Shown here: one piece after another, positions 38,406 through 48,686 of the stretch
How positions within the stretch are numbered: position 1 is the first letter of the stretch
How the letters are laid out: every line of letters starts with the position of its first letter
Source: Candidatus Zixiibacteriota bacterium
Lineage (GTDB): Bacteria > Zixibacteria > MSB-5A5 > GN15 > FEB-12
Assembly (NCBI GenBank): GCA_024276275.1
Contig: JAJRXM010000072.1
Span: 8,416 to 72,415, forward strand
DNA length: 64,000 nt
Reading direction: 5' to 3'
Program-made: the position numbers and the translations under genes
Notes under the pieces: generated by a model
Told to the model about the DNA's origin: nothing
The model's database searches: none
What the model saw: the letters and a program-made list of their open reading frames with translations, nothing else

Positions 38406-39602
38406 ATGAATGAACCGATACCGTTATTTGATTTAACATTACACTATTTGGCTCCGGTCGGAGCCGTTATGCTTTTGGGGCTATTAGGCGGCAATATAGC
38501 CAAACTAATTAAATTGCCTAAAGTAACAGGCTACCTGTTAACCGGTCTTTTAATTGGTCCTTCGGTATTGCAGCTTATTTCAACAGAGGTTGTCGAATCT
38601 TTATCCCTTCTTAATGACATCGCTCTTGGATTAATTATGTTTTCAATCGGAGGTGTATTTGAAATACATCACATACGTGCTATAGGCAAAAAAATTCTTT
38701 GGCTCACAATCGGTCAATCTATTGGGGCTGTTCTGTTGACATCAATCGTTTTACGGCTCGTAGGGCTTGACTGGTACCCTGCAATTCTTTTGGGTACAAT
38801 AGGTATCGCTACAGCACCGGCAGCCACTATTTTGGTCATCAGAGAATTTCAGGCAAAAGGTGAATTTACAGACACTTTGTTAACAGTAGTGGCAACATCA
38901 AATATTATCTGTATCCTTACATTTCAACTTGTTTATGCATTCGGAAATTTAGGATCAACTGAAAACATAATGTTGGCAATTCTAAGTCCGGTTTATGAAC
39001 TGGGTGGTTCGTTAATAATCGGCTTTGCGGTTGGATTTATTATCTCTAAGTGGGAACAGCGTGTACACGACCAGGCAGAGCTTCTTATGATTATTATAGC
39101 CGGTGTAATGCTTGTCTCAGGGTTAGCACATACTTTAAACCTACAGCCCCTCTTTGCGACTCTTATAATGGGTGCTGTAACTACCAACCTCTCCCTCATG
39201 CATCGACTCGTATATATCGAACTGCGTCAGATTGAACAACCCTTGTATATAGCATTTTTTGTATTGGCAGGTGCTTCGCTTCATATCGACCTGCTTCCTG
39301 CTTTAGGTCTTGCGGGAATTTGTTTCTTTTTATTCAGAGTAGCAGGTAAAATACTAGGTATTGTTATTGTCTCAAAATGGTTAAAACTAAAAGATTCTAT
39401 CAGAAAATATCTAGGTTTGGGAATGATTGTTCAAGCCGGAGTAGCAATCGGGTTGATTGACCTTATAAATCGAGATAATCCTGAACTGGGTAAAATAATT
39501 ACACCTATCGTACTTGCTACTGTATTACTCTATGAAACAGTCGGTCCCCCGATTATTAAATATGTCCTATTTAAGACTAAAGAAGCGGTCGAGCCGGATT
39601 AA
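38406..39602 (+). CDS. cation:proton antiporter (CPA2 / Na+-H+ exchanger family), membrane domain only
   Basis: 398 aa with about 11-12 TM helices; family-typical N-terminus KLPKVTGYLLTGLLIGP. Confidence 0.8.
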   Translation: MNEPIPLFDLTLHYLAPVGAVMLLGLLGGNIAKLIKLPKVTGYLLTGLLIGPSVLQLISTEVVESLSLLNDIALGLIMFSIGGVFEIHHIRAIGKKILWLTIGQSIGAVLLTSIVLRLVGLDWYPAILLGTIGIATAPAATILVIREFQAKGEFTDTLLTVVATSNIICILTFQLVYAFGNLGSTENIMLAILSPVYELGGSLIIGFAVGFIISKWEQRVHDQAELLMIIIAGVMLVSGLAHTLNLQPLFATLIMGAVTTNLSLMHRLVYIELRQIEQPLYIAFFVLAGASLHIDLLPALGLAGICFFLFRVAGKILGIVIVSKWLKLKDSIRKYLGLGMIVQAGVAIGLIDLINRDNPELGKIITPIVLATVLLYETVGPPIIKYVLFKTKEAVEPD

Positions 39603-39671
39603 AAAAAATGAAGATCGCTCGGAGGGGTTGAACGATCTTCAATGGGAATGGGAGGTAAAAAAAAAGAATGG

Positions 39672-40124
39672 TTAATTATATTGACCTGAAAAATCAGTCA
39701 AAAAATCTTTTATAGTTTTCATCCCAGCAGCATCTGGATACGATGCCATCTCTGGGGCAACTGTGTCTACATGTATATCTGTATTAAATGAGTCAAGACA
39801 TGCCTGAACTACTGAAGAAATTCTTCTTGAGGCAATCTCTGCCCCTTGTCTATTTGTTTCAGGTAGTAATAATGCTATTTTATCTGATGCCAGCAATGAT
39901 ACATCATCAATAGCTCGTACCGCTTTAGCAACGGCTTGTAAAATTTTATTTTGCAATGAATCATCATCTGACTTAATTGAGGAAAGAAATGATAAATCAT
40001 ACACTAGTAATGAGACAAAAATCTGATATCTTTGTGCTCTTTTTAGTTCAACATCTACCCTATGAACAAATGGACTACTGGCTAGGCTTTGTGATACTGA
40101 GTTTTCCATTCTGTTACCCATCAC
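39672..40124 (-). CDS. small degenerate GGDEF-like domain protein (no GG[DE]EF motif)
   Basis: 150 aa; ELKRAQRYQIFVSLLVYDL ... DDVSLLASDKIALLLPETNRQGAEIASRRI follows the GGDEF-domain pattern, with ASDKI in place of GGDEF; GTG/ATG start. Confidence 0.5.
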   Translation of the reverse strand: MMGNRMENSVSQSLASSPFVHRVDVELKRAQRYQIFVSLLVYDLSFLSSIKSDDDSLQNKILQAVAKAVRAIDDVSLLASDKIALLLPETNRQGAEIASRRISSVVQACLDSFNTDIHVDTVAPEMASYPDAAGMKTIKDFLTDFSGQYN

Positions 40125-40162
40125 AAAAAATTGTTAATCCCCCTTACTGTACTTTTTTTATA

Positions 40163-40179
40163 CAGCAATAATTGTTCCA
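40163..40179 (-). promoter_or_regulatory. sigma-54 (-24/-12) promoter upstream of the GGDEF-like gene
   Basis: Minus strand TGGAACAATTATTGCTG has the GG-N10-GC spacing and matches TGGCAC-N5-TTGCW except at two positions; about 40 nt upstream of the start codon. Confidence 0.6.
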
Positions 40180-40308
40180 TAATTCAATTATTATCAAATT
40201 GATTAAATTATGTCTTTTTTATTAAGAATTAGACGGATAAAAAAGCTGTATTTATCATCTTTTCCAATGAGTTAGCAGAAATACCACGTTTATTAATTGA
40301 CAATAGGG

Positions 40309-40357
40309 ATTTGCAAACAAGTAGTGACATTTGCAATAAATTGCGTATTATTTGCAC
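40309..40357 (-). promoter_or_regulatory. three phased ATTTGCA(A/C) repeats, candidate enhancer (UAS) for the sigma-54 promoter
   Basis: Plus-strand ATTTGCAA at 40309 and 40329, ATTTGCAC at 40350 (spacing 20 and 21 bp), 130-190 bp upstream of the -24/-12 element. Confidence 0.4.
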
Positions 40358-40381
40358 AGCAATTCATGTCTTCTGTTTTGA

Positions 40382-41806
40382 TTATTTTGTAGAATTTAGA
40401 GAATAGTCTTTGATTTTATATAACAGAGATCTATAGGAGATTTCTAAAAGTTCTGCTGCTTTCCGTCTGTTCCAATTTGTTTTATGCAGAACTTCTGAAA
40501 TGAGCTTTTTCTCTTCAAATGCAATTTTCTCTCCGATAATTGTTTTTAAAGAATATGAATCCGGCTGAGAATTATCTGCAACTTGTGGAATAGAAAATGT
40601 TGAAACAGTATTTGAACTGTTAGAAGAAAGTACCTGATTACCTGATGAGGCAAGCAGGTCAGCAATAATGGTCTCATCTTCACGTACGACAACCTGTTTC
40701 ATCATATTTTCTAATTGGCGAACATTTCCAGGCCAACCATAGGATACGAGCTGATTCATCACCTCTTGAGAAATAGGAACTATTTCTTTTTTATATGACT
40801 CTTCATATTTTTTTACAAAATGATTTACCAAAAGAGGGATATCTTCTTTCCGAACCCGTAAAGATGGAAGAAGCAGAGTAATTTCGTTGAGACGGTAAAA
40901 AAGGTCATCACGGAATTCTTTGTTCACTATTGCCTGTTCTAAATTTTTATTTGTAGCACCTATAATACGAACATCAACATGGATATTCTGAACTCCACCT
41001 ACACGGACAAACTCTTGTTGTTCTAAGACTTGTAATAGTTTTGATTGCAGTTCCAAAGGCATATCACCGATTTCATCCAAGAACATAGTACCTTTGTGGG
41101 CAACTTCAAAACGACCCTGTTTCATCTTATGAGCACCGGTAAAAGCACCCTTTTCATATCCAAAAAGTTCTGCTTCAAGCAAATCTCTTGGAATTGCCGC
41201 ACAGTTTACTTTGACAAACGGTTCACCGGAACGAGAAGAAAGATTATGTAGAAGTCTTGCCACGATTTCTTTACCTGTACCTGATTCGCCGCGAATTAAA
41301 ACGGTTAATTCTGAATCTGAAACTTGTTCTATCACAGATTTAACTTTTTGCATTGCTACAGAGTCATCGATAAAAGTATCATAACTATGTTTAACTTCTA
41401 ATTTTGTTTTAAGCTCGCTTACTTCTTTCTTCAGTTCTGTTTTTTCTAATACTGTATTGATATGAATTTCAATTTCGTTGACATCAAACGGTTTATTAAT
41501 GAATTCAGCGGCACCAAGTTTAACAGAATCAACAACATACTGAGTTTCTCCATGACCTGAAACCATAATAATTTCCGGACGGTCTTCCAGTTTGTTCAAC
41601 TTCTCTAAAACTTCAATACCGTTCATTCCCGGCATTTTAATATCTAACAAAACTAAGTCCGGCTTTTCTGTGGAAACCATCTGGATTCCTTCTATGCCGT
41701 CACGTGCCGATACAAACTCAAACTTTTTAGATAATCCCTCAGATAAAATCCATGAAACTTTCGGATCATCATCAATAACCAGTATTTTTATTTTATTTTT
41801 TGCCAT
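40382..41806 (-). CDS. sigma-54-dependent response regulator (NtrC family)
   Basis: 474 aa; REC (ILVIDDD ... DIKMPGMNG), GESGTGKE, GAFTGA, C-terminal HTH. Confidence 0.9.
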   Translation of the reverse strand: MAKNKIKILVIDDDPKVSWILSEGLSKKFEFVSARDGIEGIQMVSTEKPDLVLLDIKMPGMNGIEVLEKLNKLEDRPEIIMVSGHGETQYVVDSVKLGAAEFINKPFDVNEIEIHINTVLEKTELKKEVSELKTKLEVKHSYDTFIDDSVAMQKVKSVIEQVSDSELTVLIRGESGTGKEIVARLLHNLSSRSGEPFVKVNCAAIPRDLLEAELFGYEKGAFTGAHKMKQGRFEVAHKGTMFLDEIGDMPLELQSKLLQVLEQQEFVRVGGVQNIHVDVRIIGATNKNLEQAIVNKEFRDDLFYRLNEITLLLPSLRVRKEDIPLLVNHFVKKYEESYKKEIVPISQEVMNQLVSYGWPGNVRQLENMMKQVVVREDETIIADLLASSGNQVLSSNSSNTVSTFSIPQVADNSQPDSYSLKTIIGEKIAFEEKKLISEVLHKTNWNRRKAAELLEISYRSLLYKIKDYSLNSTK

Positions 41807-41885
41807 ATCTATTATATCGTCAAATTATTTTATAAATCAAGAGGTTGCTTAACAATTTTGCGAATTTTTAGCAAATAAATGCACT

Positions 41886-44030
41886 TTAGTTCTCCAACAT
41901 CGGTAAATAAATAGTAAATGTTGTACCTTTACCATATTCAGAGCTTACAGATAGAGTACCGTCATGAGCTGAAATAATCCGTTCTACGACAGCCAAGCCT
42001 AATCCGGTACCGGTAGATTTTGTAGTAAAGTATCTGTCAAATATTTTGGAAATATTTTCCTTTTTTATACCTTCACCGGTATCAGAAACTTTTAAAGCTA
42101 GGTAATCGACTTTTTTATGTTCAGGGCGTTCGATAAGACCTTTCACGACAATTTTACCGCCATCAGGCATCACATCTATCGCATTAATAAACAGATTTAG
42201 AAAAACTTCCAATATTTGATTTTTATTTATAATAACTTTCCAGTCAGCCTCTTCAAATTGAGTTTCAAACTTAATATTTTTTCTTTCTAAATCCTGTTGA
42301 ACTAAATGGGCTGCCTTTTTAATAAGAGATTTCAGATTTACTTTTTCCGTTTCATATTTGTTTGGATTTGAAAAATCAACCAGTTCACGGACTAATTCAT
42401 TCATTCGTATAACTTCATCTTCAACCGTTTTAAACAGTTCGGAGTCGTTGGAATCTTTTGCCCATCGCCCTCTGATGACCTGCAAACCTCCTTTGATAGT
42501 CGTCAACGGTCTTCGTAAGTCATGAGAAATCTCTGAAATCATGTTGCCCATTGTTAATAGTCTGGTAGCATTTAGTAGTGCTTTTTCTTTTTCAAATAAG
42601 AGTGCTGATTGAGAAATAACTAACTTCGCCAATGATACGTCATCTTCATTATAAAAATGGTCTGAAAACGAGCCGATAAATGCGACAAATATCAAGTCAC
42701 CGTTTCTAAAAATCGGTACCGCCAGAGATGCTTCCAATGGATTAGGGAGAATTGAGTTTTGTCGAATTTCTTTTGTAAGAATCTCGGTAATTTTTTTAAT
42801 ATCATGTTGATCTATCAAATCAATTTCCGGTGAATTTATAACAAGTGATTCCCAATCAATTTTAGACAGGTCAATTTTTCCGCTCGAGGTAAGAGGTATA
42901 TTTTTTACACCTGACACCGACTCTATGACAAAAATTTTATTTTCGTTGTCCCAGCTTAGCCAGATAGAATAATCAATAGGAAAAACCCGTTCTAATTTAG
43001 TAAAAAGAATATCTCGGAAATCTTTTAATGAATTTACACCCTGCATCTCTTTTGTCATTTCATGAAGGATTTCAAATTCAATTAACCGACGACGTTTCTT
43101 TTCAAACTGATTAGCATCATCAACCGCAATAGCAGCTTGTGCTGCAAATGTTGTAAGCATTCGCAAATCATTTGAGGTGAACTTTTCATTCCCCTCTTTG
43201 TTTGCCATATTTATAACACCGATAACTTTGTTTTTAATTTTTAACGGAGCACATAATAGCGATGCTGAGCCATATCTTTCTTTACTTACTCTTTTAAACT
43301 GGGAATGTTCTTCCACATTTTCAATGATCAACGGCTCACCTTTTAAAGCGACAGAACCGGCAATTGATTCACCGATAGCAAGATGTGTTGATTCAATAAT
43401 CTCTTTACTTAAACCGCTTGCTGCCTCGATAGTAAGATACTTATTTCGCTCATCCAGTAACATAATAGAACCGACCTTTGCATCTGTAACATTCGACGCT
43501 AAGGCGACAATTTGTCTGAGTAAATCTTTTAGATTCGATGTTGAACCGATAGATTTTCCTGCTTCATAAAGAGCATTTATTTCGCCGATTCTTCTGTTCA
43601 ATATCAAGTTTGATATTTTTAGTTCTTCCAATAAGGTAAATCGTGCTAAATCTGAGCGTCTTTTGTCTAGAGCTCTTTTGACAGCTAAAACAAGTTTGGT
43701 AAATTCAATCGGCTTCATTAAATAATCATACGCCCCGGATGATATTGCTTCTAAGGCAGTATCTAACGATGCATATCCGGTCAGCAGAATAACCGGAATA
43801 TCAGAATCAACTGATTTTACCGTTTTTAAAAGATCAAGCCCGTTTTGGTCAGGCATTTTTATATCAGTAATTACTAAATCAACTTTATTCTGTTTGATAG
43901 ATTCGGCTGCTTCCAGCGAATTTTGGAATGATTCTACCTGATATCCCTCACCCTCAAGCAAGGCAGAGAGAGATTCACACATTCTTTGTTCATCATCAAC
44001 AACAATTATTTTTTCAGATATTGGGCTCAT
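41886..44030 (-). CDS. hybrid sensor kinase: REC - GAF - GAF-like - HisKA - HATPase
   Basis: 714 aa; N-terminal receiver (IIVVDDE ... DIKMPDQNG), GAF region, ISHDLRRPLTTI, DTGEGI ... GTGLGLAVV. Confidence 0.85.
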   Translation of the reverse strand: MSPISEKIIVVDDEQRMCESLSALLEGEGYQVESFQNSLEAAESIKQNKVDLVITDIKMPDQNGLDLLKTVKSVDSDIPVILLTGYASLDTALEAISSGAYDYLMKPIEFTKLVLAVKRALDKRRSDLARFTLLEELKISNLILNRRIGEINALYEAGKSIGSTSNLKDLLRQIVALASNVTDAKVGSIMLLDERNKYLTIEAASGLSKEIIESTHLAIGESIAGSVALKGEPLIIENVEEHSQFKRVSKERYGSASLLCAPLKIKNKVIGVINMANKEGNEKFTSNDLRMLTTFAAQAAIAVDDANQFEKKRRRLIEFEILHEMTKEMQGVNSLKDFRDILFTKLERVFPIDYSIWLSWDNENKIFVIESVSGVKNIPLTSSGKIDLSKIDWESLVINSPEIDLIDQHDIKKITEILTKEIRQNSILPNPLEASLAVPIFRNGDLIFVAFIGSFSDHFYNEDDVSLAKLVISQSALLFEKEKALLNATRLLTMGNMISEISHDLRRPLTTIKGGLQVIRGRWAKDSNDSELFKTVEDEVIRMNELVRELVDFSNPNKYETEKVNLKSLIKKAAHLVQQDLERKNIKFETQFEEADWKVIINKNQILEVFLNLFINAIDVMPDGGKIVVKGLIERPEHKKVDYLALKVSDTGEGIKKENISKIFDRYFTTKSTGTGLGLAVVERIISAHDGTLSVSSEYGKGTTFTIYLPMLEN

Positions 44031-45426
44031 ATTTCCTATCTTTATTTATCAACGGCAGCCTAATTTCAAAACAACCGCCACTTTCCTCATTATGAAAAGT
44101 TATCGACCCATTATGCTTTTTTATTATACCGTAACAGACAGAAAGTCCGAGACCGGTACCTTTTGAAGGTTCTTTTGTTGTGAAAAACGGTTCAAATATT
44201 CTTGGAACCAGTTCAGGAGGAATACCCGGACCGGTATCAGAAAAACAAATAGAGATTTCATCACCGACCGTTGTAATAGCTATCCGTACCTGCCCGCCGT
44301 CAGGCATAGCGTCATAGGAGTTGATTATGAGATTTAAAAAGACCTGTTTTATGCCTTCAGGGGATATTTCTATTTCAGGAATATTCGGGTCAAATCGTTT
44401 TTCAATGATGACCTTATTTTTTTCAAACTGCCTGCTCATGAGAGAAATAACCGATGTCGCCAGTTTGGCAATGTCAACTCTTTGGAATTCAAATCCTCGG
44501 GGGCGATGAAAATCAAGAAGTTCAGAAACAATTTTTGCTATTCTATCTATTTCGTTATCTACAATATCTAAATACTCAATTGATTTTTTGTTATCCACTA
44601 CTAATTTATTCGTTAAGAGTAAATAGTTTTTTATAATTCCTAACGGGTTATTGATTTCATGGGCAACTTTTGCTGACATTTCTCCCAAAGCCGCCAATCG
44701 TTCAGAATGAACTAATTGTTGTTGAGTTTCACGCAGTTGTTTGGTCGCTTTTTTTTCTGCTTCGTATAGCCATGTATTTTCAATTGCTACAGAGATTTGG
44801 TTACCTAAAATTGAAAGAAACTCCAGGTCATCCTCGGTAAATTCTCTTGAGGATATTTTATCGCTGATAATAAATAATCCGCTTAACTCCGATTGATACA
44901 TAAGCGGAATAATTAAACCGTTTTCAAAAAATGAGAGAATTTTTTTTTCTTTCTTATTAGCAGTAGTTTCCAGAAGTTCAATTATTTTTGACGGTCTGTT
45001 TATTTTTGCCAGATTCAAAAGCATTTTTGAACCGTCTTCAAAAACATTCTCAACTGAAGGAAATTTACCCGAGCCTTTAAATTTTGTTAAGATAAATTTC
45101 TTATCATCAGAATGAGTTTAAAGATAGAAAGCTGCTTTCATAGAACCGACTTGGGCAAGTGATGTAAAAATAAATGTGTCCAGAAGTTGTTGATAGTCCA
45201 AAAGAGTGTTAAAATTACGACTGATTTCAAAAATTGTATACAAATCAAAAATCTTACGCTTATGTACTCTGTTCAGTTCCGTTAGTGAGCGAACTTTACT
45301 CTCCATTGCTTTAATCGTTTCTTGCAGTTCTGCTTTAGTTGGAGTTTTAGAGACTGACAGATTTTCTACCGTTTTCTTTTTATTCGTATTCTTTTTTGAA
45401 TTAGCCGATTTCTTATTTTGTTTCAT
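44014..45426 (-). pseudogene. GAF-domain sensor histidine kinase interrupted by one in-frame TAA
   Basis: ORF 45118-45426 (coiled coil plus start of a GAF domain) and ORF 44014-45024 (rest of GAF, VAHEINNPLGII, DTGPGI ... GTGLGLSV) share one frame. TAA at 45118-45120 is followed by 31 sense codons (THSDDKKFILTKFKGSGKFPSVENVFEDGSK). Confidence 0.8.
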
Positions 45427-46712
45427 CTGATTTTATACTTCTCAAAAAATTCACCTACCAAATAATGGGACCCTATTACTATAATAATATCGGTAGAGTT
45501 TGTCATTTTTAAAATAGCATTATAACCGCTTTCAATTTTTGCAAACCTTTTTAAGAGCACCGATTTAAAATCTATTTGCTTAATCATTTCCGATACATCT
45601 GTCGACCTTTTCGTAGAAAGCGGAACTAATGCATAATAAAACGAGATTTTAGAAAGAAGATTAAATATTTTCTGATGTTCTTTGCGTTTTACAAATCCGG
45701 TTAAAACATACGCTTTTTTATTTGGAAATTTCATTTGAAATGATTCAACAAAAGATTCAACACCTTTGACATTATGACTGACATCAAAAATATGTGTCGG
45801 TTTATTCTTATATCTTTTTATCTGAAATCTTCCCGGCCAATTTGCTTGTTCAATTCCGTCTTTTATTGATTTTTTAGAAATACGAATTCCCTGTGTGCGT
45901 AGGATTTCAGATGCTTTTACCGCTAAGGCGGCATTTTGCAATTGGTAAGTACCGACTAATGCAGGTGTTATTTTTTCTATCTGTAATAATTTACTCTTGA
46001 ATTTAAAAGAAAATCTGTCTCTGTTAATTATAGTCTCAGATTTTTTTAATTTATACAAACGAATTTTTTGTTTCTTACATTTTTCTTTTATTATATGTAC
46101 TGCTTTATCGGGAAGAAAACCAATCAAATGCGGACAGTCAGATTTTATTATACCTGCTTTTTCTTTAGCAATTTTCGGTATTGTCTTGCCGAGAATCTCG
46201 ACATGGTCTAAACTGATACTGGTTGTAAGAGTTAAAGTCGGAGAAAGTACATTGGTAGCATCAAGCCTACCTCCCAACCCTGTTTCAATAACTGCAATAT
46301 CAACTTTACTTCGGGCAAAATACTCAAAAGCCATGGCAGCACATAGTTCAAAAAAAGAGAGTTTTCTTTTGGTGAGTTCTTTTCGGTTTCTGTCTACAAA
46401 AGAGGTTAAGGCTTGCTTTGATATTTTACTTCCGTTTACTTTCATTCTTTCTCTGAAAGATATCAGATGCGGTGATGTAAACAGTCCGACTTTGTATCCC
46501 TGTGATTGTAAAATAGAGGAAAGCATTGCTGCCGTTGACCCTTTACCGTTTGTTCCAGCTATATGAATAGTTTTATATTTGTCCTGTGGAGTCCCTAAAG
46601 AATCTAGAAATGTTCGGATATTTTCCAATCCAAGTTTCATCCCGAAAAACTCTCTAGAAAGAATAAATTTTTCTGCTGATTGATATGTATGCTTCGGCAT
46701 TAATTGCTCCAC
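45423..46712 (-). CDS. folC: folylpolyglutamate synthase / dihydrofolate synthase
   Basis: 429 aa; HIAGTNGKGST P-loop, Mur-ligase fold. Confidence 0.85.
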   Translation of the reverse strand: MEQLMPKHTYQSAEKFILSREFFGMKLGLENIRTFLDSLGTPQDKYKTIHIAGTNGKGSTAAMLSSILQSQGYKVGLFTSPHLISFRERMKVNGSKISKQALTSFVDRNRKELTKRKLSFFELCAAMAFEYFARSKVDIAVIETGLGGRLDATNVLSPTLTLTTSISLDHVEILGKTIPKIAKEKAGIIKSDCPHLIGFLPDKAVHIIKEKCKKQKIRLYKLKKSETIINRDRFSFKFKSKLLQIEKITPALVGTYQLQNAALAVKASEILRTQGIRISKKSIKDGIEQANWPGRFQIKRYKNKPTHIFDVSHNVKGVESFVESFQMKFPNKKAYVLTGFVKRKEHQKIFNLLSKISFYYALVPLSTKRSTDVSEMIKQIDFKSVLLKRFAKIESGYNAILKMTNSTDIIIVIGSHYLVGEFFEKYKIR

Positions 46713-47542
46713 ATAAAACGCAGCAGAGAAGTAACTGTTGAGCGAAGATCCTTACGGTTGACTATTTTATCAACAAAACCTTTTTCTAAAAAGAATTCGG
46801 TAGATTGAAATCCTTCAGGTAAATCCTGACCGATAGTTTGCTGAATTACACGAGGTCCGGCAAAGCCTAACAATGCTTTTGGTTCGGCTATAATAACATC
46901 ACCTAAAGATGCATACGATGCCATTACCCCAGCAGTAGTCGGATTTGTGAGTATGGAGATATATGGAATTTTCTTTTCGGCAAGCACCGCAAGAAGAGCC
47001 GATGTTTTTGCCATCTGCATGAGAGATAAAATACCCTCCTGCATTCTAGCCCCACCGGAACAGGATATTATGATAAGCGGAAGTTCCATCTCAATAGCTC
47101 TTTCAATCGCACGGGCAATTTTTTCGCCTACAACAGAACCCATCGAACCACCGATAAATTCAAAATTCATTATCGCAAAAGAAACCCGAATATCATTTAT
47201 AGAACTAATACCTGCAATCACACCCTCTTTTTTTCCGGTTTTTAACTGAGCAGCTTTTATACGGTCGGGATATTTTTTTGAATCTTTGAATTTAAGCGGG
47301 TCTTTTGATGTTAAGTTGATATCGTACTCTTCAAGTTTACCGTCATCTAATAATAATTCTATATATCTTTGGGATGCTATCCTGAAATGATAATCACAAT
47401 TTGGACATACCCACAGAAGTTCTTCCATTTTTTTCCCATAGACAACTTCACCACAAGATTTACATTTTGTCCATAGACCTTCGGGGATATTCTTTTTTTC
47501 TTGTTGGGCTAAACCTGACTTATCTTTGCGAAACCATGCCAT
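46700..47542 (-). CDS. accD: acetyl-CoA carboxylase carboxyltransferase beta subunit
   Basis: 280 aa; N-terminal zinc ribbon CKSCGEVVY ... CPNCDYH, GGSMGSVVGEK. Confidence 0.9.
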   Translation of the reverse strand: MAWFRKDKSGLAQQEKKNIPEGLWTKCKSCGEVVYGKKMEELLWVCPNCDYHFRIASQRYIELLLDDGKLEEYDINLTSKDPLKFKDSKKYPDRIKAAQLKTGKKEGVIAGISSINDIRVSFAIMNFEFIGGSMGSVVGEKIARAIERAIEMELPLIIISCSGGARMQEGILSLMQMAKTSALLAVLAEKKIPYISILTNPTTAGVMASYASLGDVIIAEPKALLGFAGPRVIQQTIGQDLPEGFQSTEFFLEKGFVDKIVNRKDLRSTVTSLLRFMWSN

Positions 47543-47545
47543 AAT

Positions 47546-48025
47546 TTATTCTTCCCTGTTATAATCAAAATAATGTACCATCACCAAGGCATCTTCAAGC
47601 GGATTATGGTAGTACCTTGGGCGTTGATACAAAAGTTTAAAGTCATATTTTTCATAAAAAGCAATAGCCTCTTTATTGCTCGGCCTTACTTCAAGTAAAA
47701 GAAATTCACATCTGAATTCTTGTACAATGTTAAAGATATTATCCAAAAGCAGTTTCGCAACTGATTTTCTACGAAATTCTTCGGCTACAGCGATATTAGT
47801 CAAATGCGACTCAGACGCGGCAATATAGTAACAGGCGTAACCTATTATCTCTCTTTCGGTTTCAGCAACAAACCCGCCCCAGCCGTCATCTTCGACCTGT
47901 TCTTTAAAAGAATTATAAGACCAAGGATCAGGGAAAACATCATGCTCCAATACGACGACTTTTTCCAAATCGGCGAACTGCATTTCCCGAACGGATATTT
48001 TTTCATTTTTGATTTTTGAGGTCAA
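47546..48025 (-). CDS. rimI: ribosomal-protein-alanine N-acetyltransferase (GNAT)
   Basis: 159 aa GNAT fold; conserved tsaE-tsaB-rimI context. Confidence 0.75.
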   Translation of the reverse strand: MTSKIKNEKISVREMQFADLEKVVVLEHDVFPDPWSYNSFKEQVEDDGWGGFVAETEREIIGYACYYIAASESHLTNIAVAEEFRRKSVAKLLLDNIFNIVQEFRCEFLLLEVRPSNKEAIAFYEKYDFKLLYQRPRYYHNPLEDALVMVHYFDYNREE

Positions 48026-48686
48026 AATTTATCTCCGCCTGAGATTTTTGTATATATAACGGCTCTAAAGTATTAATGTTTTCAAACATCTGTTGTTCAA
48101 TTTTTTTCTTCCCGATAGTATTCAGATCCGACGCATCGTAGATAAGTCTATCTGAGCAATCAAATTCTGTAATATCGGAGAAATAGGATTGCAAATCTAT
48201 ACCAAATGCGGCAATTTTCTTTTCAGAACAAATATCCATAAAGTTTTTTAATGTAACTGTTTGTAACTTAGATAAATCATACTTATCCTCACAGACAGGG
48301 ACAACAAAAAACTCATCTTTTTTAAACGGAACGACAATAAGAATTTCCTCTATCTCATTCTGTAATTTATAAGCAGCGAGTTCAAAAAGATTGACCGATA
48401 TAATTTTAATCCCTAATGCAACAGCTATACCTTTGGCAACAGCAATACCGATACGCAGTCCGGTAAAAGAACCCGGCCCTGTAGATACAATAATAGCATG
48501 TAAATCTGTTTTGGAGATTTCTGAAGAATTAAACAGCTCATCAATTTTTTTTATTATAATTTGTCCATGCGACTGTTCGGCCGGTTCTTCCGATTTAACT
48601 AAACGATCACTACCAAAGGAAAGTGCAAGTTTCAGTATGTTTGAAGAAGAATCTATTGTTAATATATTTTGATATACATCACTCAT
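48003..48686 (-). CDS. tsaB: tRNA t6A37 biosynthesis protein TsaB
   Basis: 227 aa; GPGSFTGLRIGIAVAKGIA. Confidence 0.8.
   Translation of the reverse strand: MSDVYQNILTIDSSSNILKLALSFGSDRLVKSEEPAEQSHGQIIIKKIDELFNSSEISKTDLHAIIVSTGPGSFTGLRIGIAVAKGIAVALGIKIISVNLFELAAYKLQNEIEEILIVVPFKKDEFFVVPVCEDKYDLSKLQTVTLKNFMDICSEKKIAAFGIDLQSYFSDITEFDCSDRLIYDASDLNTIGKKKIEQQMFENINTLEPLYIQKSQAEINFDLKNQK

Noticed and set aside
45997-46566. Long antisense ORFs inside real genes (for example 45997-46566, 17220-17624, 58450-58887, 59073-59519, 43177-43569)
   Set aside because: They are shadow ORFs opposite well-supported genes (folC, the crotonase fusion, ftsA, the hybrid kinase), with low-complexity products and no independent signals.
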